A stretch of DNA of 64,000 nucleotides from Nostoc sp. DedSLP01 (lineage in GTDB: Bacteria > Cyanobacteriota > Cyanobacteriia > Cyanobacteriales > Nostocaceae). Position 1 is the stretch's first letter; each line of letters begins with the position of its first letter. The notes beneath the pieces were generated by a model. The model was not told where the DNA came from, searched no databases, and was given only the letters and a program-made list of their open reading frames with translations. This document shows, one piece after another, positions 29,056 through 38,496 of this stretch. The position numbers and the translations under genes were made by a program. Where the stretch lies: contig JAVRCJ020000010.1 in NCBI GenBank assembly GCA_034530875.2, forward strand, positions 128,001-192,000, read 5' to 3'.

Positions 29056-32000
29056 TTAGTTACCTAAAAAAGCTTCTACTTCTTCATCGGATAATTCTTC
29101 TATTTTTTCTAGTAGAAGTTGCTCTATTATTTCTGCTTGTTTGGCTGGTATCATAGCTTGCGATAAAAGGTCGCGCAAAGCTAAATCTATAGGGAATTTC
29201 GCTCTCAATCTAGAAACTAATTGAGTAGCAATGAGAGAGTCTCCTCCTAATTCATAAAAGTTGTCGTAAATACCAACTTCTGTAATTCCAAGTACCTCTT
29301 GCCAGATTTCTGTAATTTGTTTCTCTAACTCATTTGTAGGAGCAATATATGAATTAGTCAGTTGCGGTCTAGAATAGCGTGGCGATGAATCTAATTGATT
29401 AACTGATTTTGGATTTGCTAAATAATCAAGATAAAATACATAATTTTGCTCAGCTTTATTATCCCCCGTAGAAACAACAATTTTGGTTGGTTGTTCTAAA
29501 GATAATATTTTTTTTAAAGCTTCTATAGCTTCTACTGGAGTAATGCCTAATTCTACGTTGCCTACTTGTTCTAAGGTTTTTGACTCTGGCGTGAAATCTG
29601 ATGTTGCTAATTTAGTATTTAAAGAAACCGATGAAGATTTAGGATCGATCCAGTATCTTTGTCGTTCAAAAGGATAGGTAGGTAACGGTAAACGATGACG
29701 CTGTTCGTGGCTATAAAATCCTGACCAATCTATATTTACACCAAAAAGCCACAACTTACCTAATGTTTCTAGCAAAAAGCTCACATCGGATTTTTGTTCT
29801 TGCACGTGAGGTAAAGAAGTCAATACATTTTGTTTAGCATTGATATCTAAATGTTGTTTGGTTAATGTGCTTAAAGTTCGTCCCGGCCCTACTTCTAAAA
29901 AAACACCTTCAAACTGCTTTAATAGTTGAGCTATGCCATCGGAAAATTTCACAGTTTGTCGTAAATGTTGGCTCCAATAATTAGGATTTGTGGCTTGCGT
30001 GTCTGTAATCCAATTACCAGTTACGTTGGAAATAAAGGGTATGCGTGGTGAATTCAGTTTCATTTTTTGCAAAAATCGCTCAAATTCCTCTAAGATTGGC
30101 GACATCATTTGAGAATGGAATGCATGGGATGTATGCAACAAACGACATTCAATTCCTTGAGAGGATAATTGGTTTTCTAGCGTGGCGATCGCTTCTTTTG
30201 TTCCTGAGACTACGCATGAAGTTGGGCTGTTAATTGCAGTGATTTCTACAGAGTTGGAAATTAGCGATCGCACTTCTTTTTCTGGAAGCCTAATTGCTAG
30301 CATATTCCCTGGCGGTAACTGTTGCATCAACTGTCCCCTTTTTGCCACTATAAATAGGGCATCTTCAATGGAAAATACACCTGCGATCGCCGCTGCAACA
30401 TATTCTCCGATGCTGTGACCAATCATCGCCGCAGGTAGCACACCCCATGACATCAATAACTTAGCCAAGGCGTACTCAATTACAAATAATGCTGGCTGAG
30501 TGAAGGCTGTTTGTTGGAGTTTTTCGTTAGCTGCAGTAATTTCTTGTGATTTTGGAAACAGTAAATCGCGGATATCAAGACCAAGGTGAGGTTGTAAAAT
30601 ATCGGCGCAAGTATCGACATGTTTGCGAAATGTTGCTTCGACTTCGTAGAGTTCCCGACCCATGTTTGTATATTGCGATCCTTGCCCGGAAAACATGAAA
30701 ACGACAGGCTGTTCTCTATACTCCTGGTATATAGTAAAAGTCCGTTCTTGCTGCTGTGTTTCTAATATATTGACAGCATCTCCAACATTTTGGCACACAA
30801 ACATCCGGCGATGGTTGAAAGCTCTACGACCAACTTGTAAAGTATGAGCAACATTAGCTAAATTTACTTCTAACTTTTGTTTAAAAAACTCCAACAAATT
30901 TGCAGTTGCGCTTTCTAAGGCTGTGCTAGTTTTTGCTGACAATAATATTAATTGCCAAGGTCTAGATTTATTGGAATATGTAACTTCAGGTGCTTCTTCC
31001 AGAATTACATGGGCGTTAGTTCCACCAAATCCTAAGGAACTAATTCCTGCTCTCCGGGGAGTATTGTTAGTTTTCCAATCAGTAAGTTTGGTATTAACGT
31101 AAAAAGGACTATTTTCAAAATCAATTTCCGGATTGGGAACTTCAAAATTGATGCTAGGAGGTAGTTTTTTATATTTTAATGCTTGTACAGTTTTGATTAG
31201 ACTTGCTATGCCAGCAGCTATGTCTAAATGTCCGATATTTGGTTTGACTGAACCGATAGCGCAGAAGCCATTTCTTGATGTAAAAGCACGAAAAGCCTTA
31301 GTCAACGCTGCAATTTCCACCGGATCTCCGGCAGCGGTTCCCGTTCCATGAGTTTCTATATAAGAAATATCGTCAGCATCTATTCCAGAATTTGCTAAAG
31401 CTTCTACAATAACTTCAGCCTGACCATTTACACTAGGTGCGGTATAGCTAACTTTTAAAGAGCCATCATTATTAATTGCTGAACCTTTAACAACTGCATG
31501 AATATAATCTCTATCTGCTATGGCATCTTCTAATCTTTTTAATACAACTATTCCCAGTCCGCTGCCAAAAAGAGTACCCTGTGCTTTAGCATCGAAGGCT
31601 CTACAATGACCATCAGGAGATAAAATTCCATCCTGTTCGTAGTAATAACCTGACTTTTGTGGAACGATAATTGTAACTCCACCAGCTAATGCAATATCAC
31701 ACTCTTCATCAAGTAAACTTTTGCAAGCTAAGTGTAAGGCAACTAATGAAGTAGAACAGTAAGTCTGAACTCCTATACTTGGCCCTTTTAAATTTAATTT
31801 ATATGAAACATTTGTGGTTAAAAAATCTTTATTAAAAGTATAGTTGTTAGAAATAACCCTAGAATTAACGTTATTATATATATTATTAAAAAAGTAAGTA
31901 TTAGTGCTGACACCACCATAAACACCAATCAACCCATTGTATGTTTCTGGGTCATATCCAGCGTTCTCTAGAGCTTCCCAAGCACATTCTATAAATAGAC

Positions 32001-32283
32001 GATGTTGGGGGTCAATTAATTCAGCTTCTTTTGGGCTGTAGCCAAAGAATCTAGCATCAAAATGTTCAATATCTGGTAGTATAGGCGCAGCTTTAACATA
32101 GTTTTGGTCGTTTAAAACTTCCGTTTCTAAATTTAAATCTGCTAAGTCATCATTCGATAAAAATGAAATAGACTCAACTTTATTTTGGATATTTTGCCAA
32201 AATTCCTCGATATTGTTCGCACCAGGGAAACGACCGGACATTCCCACTATTGCTATATCTAGATTTACTGTTGATTCTTCCAT
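29056..32283 (-). CDS. Type I PKS module KS-AT(malonyl)-[KR remnant]-ACP
   Basis: KS QTYCSTS / HGTGT / NIGH. AT GHSIG and HAFH. ACP GGDS. No KR Rossmann motif. Acidic C-terminal docking helix LSDEEVEAFL. Confidence 0.92.
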   Translation of the reverse strand: MEESTVNLDIAIVGMSGRFPGANNIEEFWQNIQNKVESISFLSNDDLADLNLETEVLNDQNYVKAAPILPDIEHFDARFFGYSPKEAELIDPQHRLFIECAWEALENAGYDPETYNGLIGVYGGVSTNTYFFNNIYNNVNSRVISNNYTFNKDFLTTNVSYKLNLKGPSIGVQTYCSTSLVALHLACKSLLDEECDIALAGGVTIIVPQKSGYYYEQDGILSPDGHCRAFDAKAQGTLFGSGLGIVVLKRLEDAIADRDYIHAVVKGSAINNDGSLKVSYTAPSVNGQAEVIVEALANSGIDADDISYIETHGTGTAAGDPVEIAALTKAFRAFTSRNGFCAIGSVKPNIGHLDIAAGIASLIKTVQALKYKKLPPSINFEVPNPEIDFENSPFYVNTKLTDWKTNNTPRRAGISSLGFGGTNAHVILEEAPEVTYSNKSRPWQLILLSAKTSTALESATANLLEFFKQKLEVNLANVAHTLQVGRRAFNHRRMFVCQNVGDAVNILETQQQERTFTIYQEYREQPVVFMFSGQGSQYTNMGRELYEVEATFRKHVDTCADILQPHLGLDIRDLLFPKSQEITAANEKLQQTAFTQPALFVIEYALAKLLMSWGVLPAAMIGHSIGEYVAAAIAGVFSIEDALFIVAKRGQLMQQLPPGNMLAIRLPEKEVRSLISNSVEITAINSPTSCVVSGTKEAIATLENQLSSQGIECRLLHTSHAFHSQMMSPILEEFERFLQKMKLNSPRIPFISNVTGNWITDTQATNPNYWSQHLRQTVKFSDGIAQLLKQFEGVFLEVGPGRTLSTLTKQHLDINAKQNVLTSLPHVQEQKSDVSFLLETLGKLWLFGVNIDWSGFYSHEQRHRLPLPTYPFERQRYWIDPKSSSVSLNTKLATSDFTPESKTLEQVGNVELGITPVEAIEALKKILSLEQPTKIVVSTGDNKAEQNYVFYLDYLANPKSVNQLDSSPRYSRPQLTNSYIAPTNELEKQITEIWQEVLGITEVGIYDNFYELGGDSLIATQLVSRLRAKFPIDLALRDLLSQAMIPAKQAEIIEQLLLEKIEELSDEEVEAFLGN

Positions 32284-32316
32284 GACTTGATTAACCAGAT
32301 AAATTAAATTTGTGTT

Positions 32317-35300
32317 TTAGTAAGTTTGCATTTTTATCTGCCTTCTCCTTTGTCCTCTACTTAGCCTTTGTTCAAAACTACTTTTATCGGATTCTTCAGC
32401 AGGACTAAAAATATTTGCCATAGAGCTTATATTCGGGCATTCATAGAGCTTGGCAACAGAAAGATTTGAATCAAATTGTTTATTTAAGATAGCGATAAGC
32501 TGAATACCTATAAGAGAATCACCGCCAAGCTCAAAGAAGTTATCATAAATTCCTATTCTTTCAATTCCAATAACTTCTTGCCAAATATCGACCAGCTTTT
32601 GCTCATTTTTATTGCGCGGTGCGACGTAATCATTACTTAGTTCAGGTCTAGGATATTTTACTTTGAATGAATTGACAGTTTCTAAAAAATCTAGCCCTGG
32701 TGTTTTGCTGTTAGAGTTGTAATGTTTAAATACTTCCAATAAATCAGAAGTAGATATTACAACTTGAGGCATTGTATTTTCTAAAATCCGCTGAAATACA
32801 TCTACACCTTCATGGGGTAATATACCTTGCTGAAGATTTTCTAGCCGTAATTCTTGGAGTCGCTGTGGTAATTCTGTGTTTACTGCCATCCCGACTTCTT
32901 GCCAAGTATCCCAATTAATGCTTGTAATAAATCGGTTTTGTTTTCCAGCATTACAACGAGCATAAGCATCTAAAAAAGCATTTGCAGCACAATAATCTAC
33001 CTGTCCAAATTCTGCTATAATTGAACTATTTGATGAGACTAAAACAAAGAAATCTAACTCAATATTTTTAATGATTGTATCAATAACTATTGTTCCCTTT
33101 ACCTTGGGAGCCAGAATTTTTTCTGCTTCTTCTGGAGTTTTTCGTTGAATTGCGCCGCCTCCAGGAACTCCAGCGGCGTGAATAACACCGTTGAGTTGAC
33201 CGAATTGTTCTTGAGCTTGAGCGATCGCACTTTGCATTTGTTGTATATTACTGACATCAGCAGCGATCGCCAAAACTTCTGTACCCAATTCTTCAAGTTC
33301 TTGAACTTTGCGAATTTTACAGCTAGTGCTATCAGTTTCATCGTGAGTAGATAGCCATTGAAACCACTCATTTTTGTTAGGTAAAGCAGAACGTCCTACT
33401 AATAATAATTTTGCTTGTACAGTTCTAGCTAAATATTCTGCTAAAACAAGTCCAATACCTCCAAGTCCACCTGTAATTAAATAGACTCCTTTTTCTCGTA
33501 GTCGCGGTTTTTCAATTTGAGTCTTTTCAAAACGCACTGGCTCAAAACTTTGCACCCAACGATTCAAACCTCGATAAGCGATTAACTTTTCCGCTTTATC
33601 AACCGTTAGTTCTGCCAGTAAATTTTCTATTAGTTTTTCTTCTTGCCAACTGCCATCCTGAGGAAGGATAACATCAATACTACGACAATTGATATTTGCA
33701 TATTCTTGAGAAATAACTTTAACTGGACCGAGCAAAGTTGCCTTCTCTGGAGAAAGTACTTCAGTTCCCATTACTGGCTGTAGGTTGTTAGAAATAACTG
33801 TGATTTCAAAATTATTAGTAGTTTCCCATCTTCCTAAAGCTTGGGCAATAAATAATAAACTATAAAATCCCTGATTTTGGGCTAGTTCTAGTTCTGCAAT
33901 ATCTAATTCTCGGTCACCAACGGCTGTAATATTCCATAAATGAAGTATTTTTTGTGGCAACTTATTTTGTTTGAATAATTCTTCAAATAAAACATCATAA
34001 TCATGATGGCTTTCTGGATTAATAGTATATTCAGACTTGTTTAGTATGGTATAGCTGTCACCTACTTTAACCTTAACTACATCTAGATTTTGTTTTTCTA
34101 GTTGTTTTACTAAATTAATACCGAAGCCGCACTTGTCGAGAAATACTAAAATACAAGATTTTTCATTTACTAATTCTTGGCTATCGAGTTTGGCTGGAGG
34201 TAAAGAAGGTTTCCAATAAGGAATATAAAACCAGTCAGCTATATCGGGTTGTTTAGCGAGTGAAACTGAACTATGATTATTATCTTGCCCTGGCTTTTTC
34301 GGCTCAATCCAATACCTTTGTTTTTCAAAAGGATAGGTAGGTAAAGGTAAACGATGATGCCTTTGTTCGCTATAAAATTCTGACCAATCTATATTGACAC
34401 CAAAAAGCCATAACTGCCCCAATGTATGCAACAAAAAGCTGACATCGGATTGTTGATTTTGAGGTAAACAAGTTAGTACATGCTGTTTGGTATTAATATT
34501 TAAATGTTCTTTAATTGATCTAGTTAAATTTTGTCCAGACCCTACATTTAGAAAAACGCCTTCAAACTGCTCTAATAGTTGAAATATAGTCTCGGATAAT
34601 TTAAAATTTTGTTGTAAATTTTGGTTCCAATAGTTAGGATTTGTGGCTTGTGCGTCTGTAATCCAACTACCAGTTACATTGGAAATAAAAGGAATACGTG
34701 GCGGGTTGAGTTTAACTTTTTTTCCTTTGTTTGTTAAAATTGCTAAGGCATCTTGTAAGGAAAATACACCTGCGATCGCAGCTGCAACATATTCACCAAT
34801 ACCCTCACCAATCATTGCTTCTGGCAGTACACCCCATGACATCAATAACTCAGCCAGGGCATATTCAATTACAAATAATGCTACGTCTTTAAGGTTAACT
34901 GCGGCAATTTTATCTGAGTTTAAAAACAGTAAATCGCGAATATCACAACCGATGTGAGATTGCAAAATTTCGGCACAATTATCTACATGTTTGCGGTATG
35001 TTGCTTCAACTTCGTATAATTCTTTGCTGATGATTGTATTTTGCGATTCTTGCCCAGAAAACATGAACATCACAGGGCAACGATTTGGCTGAAAGTGATA
35101 CTCAAAAACACGTTCTCGGTCGTGATTTTGAAGTAAATTTACAGCATCATCCAAGTCTTGACAAACTACCATACGTCGATAGTCAAAAGCTCGGCGACCT
35201 ACTTTTAGAGTGTAAGCTACATCAGCAAGATTTAAGTCTGGATGCTTTTGCAGATGATTAGCAAGGTTTTCTGTAGCAGTTTCTAGTGCTGTATTCGTCT

Positions 35301-36738
35301 TAGCTGAAAGTACTAGCAATTGATACTTTCTCCCCTGCTCCCTCCGAAGTTCCGATCGGAGGAAGCCTCCGCTCGGACTTCTCTCTGCTCCCCTGCTCCC
35401 CTGCTGCCTTGGAGCTTCTTCTAATATTACGTGGGCGTTAGTTCCGCCAACACCAAAAGAACTGACACCTGCTCTACGAGGTAAATCGTTAGTTTTCCAC
35501 TCTGATAATTTGGTATTAACATAGAAAGGACTGTTAGCAAAATCTATTTCTGTATTTGCTTTTTCAAAGTGTAAACTAGCGGGTATTTGTTGATGTTTTA
35601 ATGCCAGAACTGTTTTAATTAAACCTGTTATTCCTGCTGCTGTATCCAAATGTCCAATATTAGTTTTTACTGAACCGATAGCGCAAAAACCCTTGAGATT
35701 TGTGGTAGTACGAAAAGCTTGTGTGAGAGCCTTAATTTCAATCGGGTCTCCTAACGGAGTTGCAGTTCCATGAGCTTCAACATAAGAAATAGTATCAGCT
35801 TCAACACCAGCTAAAGCGAGTGCTTCTGCAATTACTTCTGTTTGACCGCGAACGCTAGGTGCTGTAAAACCAACTTTTAAAGAGCCATCATTATTGATAG
35901 CCGAACCTTTAATTACAGCATGAATAAAGTCTCCATCAGCAATAGCATCCTCCAGTCTTTTTAACACAACAATTCCCAAACCATCGCCAAACACGGTTCC
36001 TTTGGCGTTAGCATCAAAAGTCCTGCAATGTCCGTCAGGAGAATGGAGAACTCCCTCTTGATAGTAATAACCGGATTTTTGAGGTAACTTGGCTATGGAA
36101 ACACCACCAGCCAAAGCAAGATCGCTTTCTCCGTTAAGCAAACTTTGACAGGCTAAGTGTACAGCTATTAATGATGTAGAGCAGTTATTTTGAATGTTAA
36201 TACTCGGACCAGTAAGATTTAATTTATAAGAAGTTTGCGTACTTAAGTTATCTTTTTCATTCCCAATAAAAATATTTAAAGCATCTACCGACTCGATTAA
36301 TTCTTTATTAGAAACTAAATTTGTAAATAAATAGCTGCTATTAGTGACGCCAGCAAAAACCCCAATTTTACCTTTATAAGATTCGGAATCATAGCCGGCA
36401 GATTCTAAAGCTTCCCAAGCAGACTCTAAAAACATCCGATGCTGGGGATCTGTGATTTCAGCTTCTCTGGGAGTATATCCAAAAAATGCAGCATCAAATA
36501 ATTCAATACCTTCTATTATGCTGCCTGCTTTCACATAATTTGGGTCATTGAGTAAACTTGGTTCTACACCAGCAGCTAGTAATTCCTCATCTGTAAAACG
36601 CGAAATTGATTCTACTCCATCTCGCAAATTTTCCCAAAACCGCTCGACGTTATTTGCTCCTGGAAACCTACCATTTATCCCAATAATAGCTATCTCATCT
36701 CTATCATCAAAATTATCAAATTCTTGAGAGTTATTCAT
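32317..36738 (-). CDS. Type I PKS module KS-AT0(inactive, truncated)-KR-ACP
   Basis: KS NNCSTS / HGTAT / NIGH. The AT has GEGIG in place of GHSIG and lacks the HAFH region. KR GGLGGIG...YCAAN. ACP GGDS. ATG at 36738. Confidence 0.92.
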   Translation of the reverse strand: MNNSQEFDNFDDRDEIAIIGINGRFPGANNVERFWENLRDGVESISRFTDEELLAAGVEPSLLNDPNYVKAGSIIEGIELFDAAFFGYTPREAEITDPQHRMFLESAWEALESAGYDSESYKGKIGVFAGVTNSSYLFTNLVSNKELIESVDALNIFIGNEKDNLSTQTSYKLNLTGPSINIQNNCSTSLIAVHLACQSLLNGESDLALAGGVSIAKLPQKSGYYYQEGVLHSPDGHCRTFDANAKGTVFGDGLGIVVLKRLEDAIADGDFIHAVIKGSAINNDGSLKVGFTAPSVRGQTEVIAEALALAGVEADTISYVEAHGTATPLGDPIEIKALTQAFRTTTNLKGFCAIGSVKTNIGHLDTAAGITGLIKTVLALKHQQIPASLHFEKANTEIDFANSPFYVNTKLSEWKTNDLPRRAGVSSFGVGGTNAHVILEEAPRQQGSRGAERSPSGGFLRSELRREQGRKYQLLVLSAKTNTALETATENLANHLQKHPDLNLADVAYTLKVGRRAFDYRRMVVCQDLDDAVNLLQNHDRERVFEYHFQPNRCPVMFMFSGQESQNTIISKELYEVEATYRKHVDNCAEILQSHIGCDIRDLLFLNSDKIAAVNLKDVALFVIEYALAELLMSWGVLPEAMIGEGIGEYVAAAIAGVFSLQDALAILTNKGKKVKLNPPRIPFISNVTGSWITDAQATNPNYWNQNLQQNFKLSETIFQLLEQFEGVFLNVGSGQNLTRSIKEHLNINTKQHVLTCLPQNQQSDVSFLLHTLGQLWLFGVNIDWSEFYSEQRHHRLPLPTYPFEKQRYWIEPKKPGQDNNHSSVSLAKQPDIADWFYIPYWKPSLPPAKLDSQELVNEKSCILVFLDKCGFGINLVKQLEKQNLDVVKVKVGDSYTILNKSEYTINPESHHDYDVLFEELFKQNKLPQKILHLWNITAVGDRELDIAELELAQNQGFYSLLFIAQALGRWETTNNFEITVISNNLQPVMGTEVLSPEKATLLGPVKVISQEYANINCRSIDVILPQDGSWQEEKLIENLLAELTVDKAEKLIAYRGLNRWVQSFEPVRFEKTQIEKPRLREKGVYLITGGLGGIGLVLAEYLARTVQAKLLLVGRSALPNKNEWFQWLSTHDETDSTSCKIRKVQELEELGTEVLAIAADVSNIQQMQSAIAQAQEQFGQLNGVIHAAGVPGGGAIQRKTPEEAEKILAPKVKGTIVIDTIIKNIELDFFVLVSSNSSIIAEFGQVDYCAANAFLDAYARCNAGKQNRFITSINWDTWQEVGMAVNTELPQRLQELRLENLQQGILPHEGVDVFQRILENTMPQVVISTSDLLEVFKHYNSNSKTPGLDFLETVNSFKVKYPRPELSNDYVAPRNKNEQKLVDIWQEVIGIERIGIYDNFFELGGDSLIGIQLIAILNKQFDSNLSVAKLYECPNISSMANIFSPAEESDKSSFEQRLSRGQRRRQIKMQTY
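35343..35384. mobile_element. 42-bp palindromic element inserted in frame into a CTCCCCTG repeat array in a PKS linker
   Basis: tccgaagttccgatcggaggaagcctccgctcggacttctct splits one CTCCC|CTG unit. The paralogous site at 41813-41844 has four uninterrupted CTCCCCTG units. Confidence 0.75.
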
Positions 36739-36805
36739 CTTTTTTCCCAATAACTACACATACTCTTGCCTTCCTCTCCGCGACTCTGCGTAAGATAAAA
36801 GCTTC

Positions 36806-38461
36806 TCAACAATCTAATATCTCCAAATCCAATGCAATTTGAACTTGGTCATTTAAAACTGCATCAATATCATCTTTAGTCGTCAACGGATTAGCAATTA
36901 CCGCACGCAACGCAGTTACAGAAATCTCTTTCCCTAAACAACTAATTCTCTTTATTGTCCGCGAAATAAAAGTACGACCAGCTTGACGCTGACTTTTTTG
37001 CAAACGCTCATTAAATATATTAATTTCTTGATTCTCGCTTTCTGTTAATTGCTTTTTAACTGCAACTTCTCTCAAAGACTGCGGAATATAACGATAAAGA
37101 AGTAGATTTATATCAGGTTCCGATAGTAACTCAAATTCCGGCATAGCATTGATGCGATCGGCCATATATTGTGTCTTCTCAAGACCTGCATCAATTAAAA
37201 ATTCATAACCTTTCAAACCTATCAGATGCAGCCCGGCATGTAAAAATAATGCCATAGCGGGACGAGAACCTTCTAAAGCGCGTTTTCCTAAATCGAATGA
37301 ACCCTTACGCATGGTATAACTAGCATTTTTTTCAATCGATGCAGCTAGGTGTGGTTCGCGCATGAATACCATACCAATACCCATAGGTAAATACAGCTGC
37401 TTATGTCCATCAATTGTGACGGAATCAGCGCGTTCGATACCAGCAAGTTTTTGTCGATGTTGTTCGGAAAATATTAAAGGCCCGCCCCAAGCTGCATCTA
37501 CATGAAAATGAACATTTGCACCTTGGGCGATATCTGCAATATCTGAAAGTGAGTCTATATTACCAGAATCCGTAGTACCGGCAACGCCAGCGATCGCAAT
37601 AATATGCAAATTTTTGGACTGACAGTCTGCAACAGCCTGACGTAAAGCTACTAAGTCCACTTGATTGTTTTTATTAGTAGGAATTTTAATCAAACTATGC
37701 GTACCTATGCCTAATAAATCTGCTGCTTTTTCAAAAGAAAAATGCATCAATTCAGAACCAATTATTACTGCTCCTTCATAGCCATAGTAATCTAAAGCTG
37801 CTGGTAAACCTGCCTTTTCTATACCCAGAAAACTATTTTTTGCACCCAAAGATTTATTACGAGCGCACCATAATGCGATAATATTTGCTGCGGTACCTCC
37901 AGAAACTAATATGCCTAAAGTACTTTGACTATTTTGGACATGCTCGCTATAGAATTCGTCAGAAAAGTTATAAATTAATCGATGAATCATTGCCAAAGCC
38001 TGACGCTCATAAGGGCTAAAAGCTTTGGCTGTTTCTATTTTGACAACATTCTGATTCATTGCTGTCATCAGTTTTGCCAAAGGTCGTACAAAACAGGGCA
38101 GCGCAGAGGTCATGTGACCTATAAATCGGGGCGAAGATGTATGTATTGAATGATTAATAACATTATTTGCTAAATATTCAAGATAGGTATCGAAGTCAGC
38201 AGGATTAACTGGAACTTGACTATCAGCAAATATTTCTATTAACGAATTAAATTCAATATCTGAATTAGTATTAATGGCATTTAAGAAATCATCAACCAAG
38301 GCGTCAGTTTCAATAGTCATCTTAGCTTTTTTAGAGACTAAGCTATTAGATGGTGCAAATAATTGCATCACTTCATTAGCAACTGCATACTGTGGCGTTA
38401 GCTCATTCTCCAAAAATAAATTTTGCTGACTTTTTTCTTGTCTTTGCTGACTTAATGCCAT
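36806..38461 (-). CDS. panP: PLP-dependent aspartate 1-decarboxylase, PanP-like (probable beta-alanine supply)
   Basis: SPRFIGHMTSALP, NQNVVKIETAKAF, SGGTAAN, HVDAAWGG, the PLP lysine in DGHKQLYLPMG, and LEGSRPAMA. Confidence 0.78.
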   Translation of the reverse strand: MALSQQRQEKSQQNLFLENELTPQYAVANEVMQLFAPSNSLVSKKAKMTIETDALVDDFLNAINTNSDIEFNSLIEIFADSQVPVNPADFDTYLEYLANNVINHSIHTSSPRFIGHMTSALPCFVRPLAKLMTAMNQNVVKIETAKAFSPYERQALAMIHRLIYNFSDEFYSEHVQNSQSTLGILVSGGTAANIIALWCARNKSLGAKNSFLGIEKAGLPAALDYYGYEGAVIIGSELMHFSFEKAADLLGIGTHSLIKIPTNKNNQVDLVALRQAVADCQSKNLHIIAIAGVAGTTDSGNIDSLSDIADIAQGANVHFHVDAAWGGPLIFSEQHRQKLAGIERADSVTIDGHKQLYLPMGIGMVFMREPHLAASIEKNASYTMRKGSFDLGKRALEGSRPAMALFLHAGLHLIGLKGYEFLIDAGLEKTQYMADRINAMPEFELLSEPDINLLLYRYIPQSLREVAVKKQLTESENQEINIFNERLQKSQRQAGRTFISRTIKRISCLGKEISVTALRAVIANPLTTKDDIDAVLNDQVQIALDLEILDC

Positions 38462-38496
38462 TTTATACCCCACAAAGGATTTATGCTTTTGACTCT

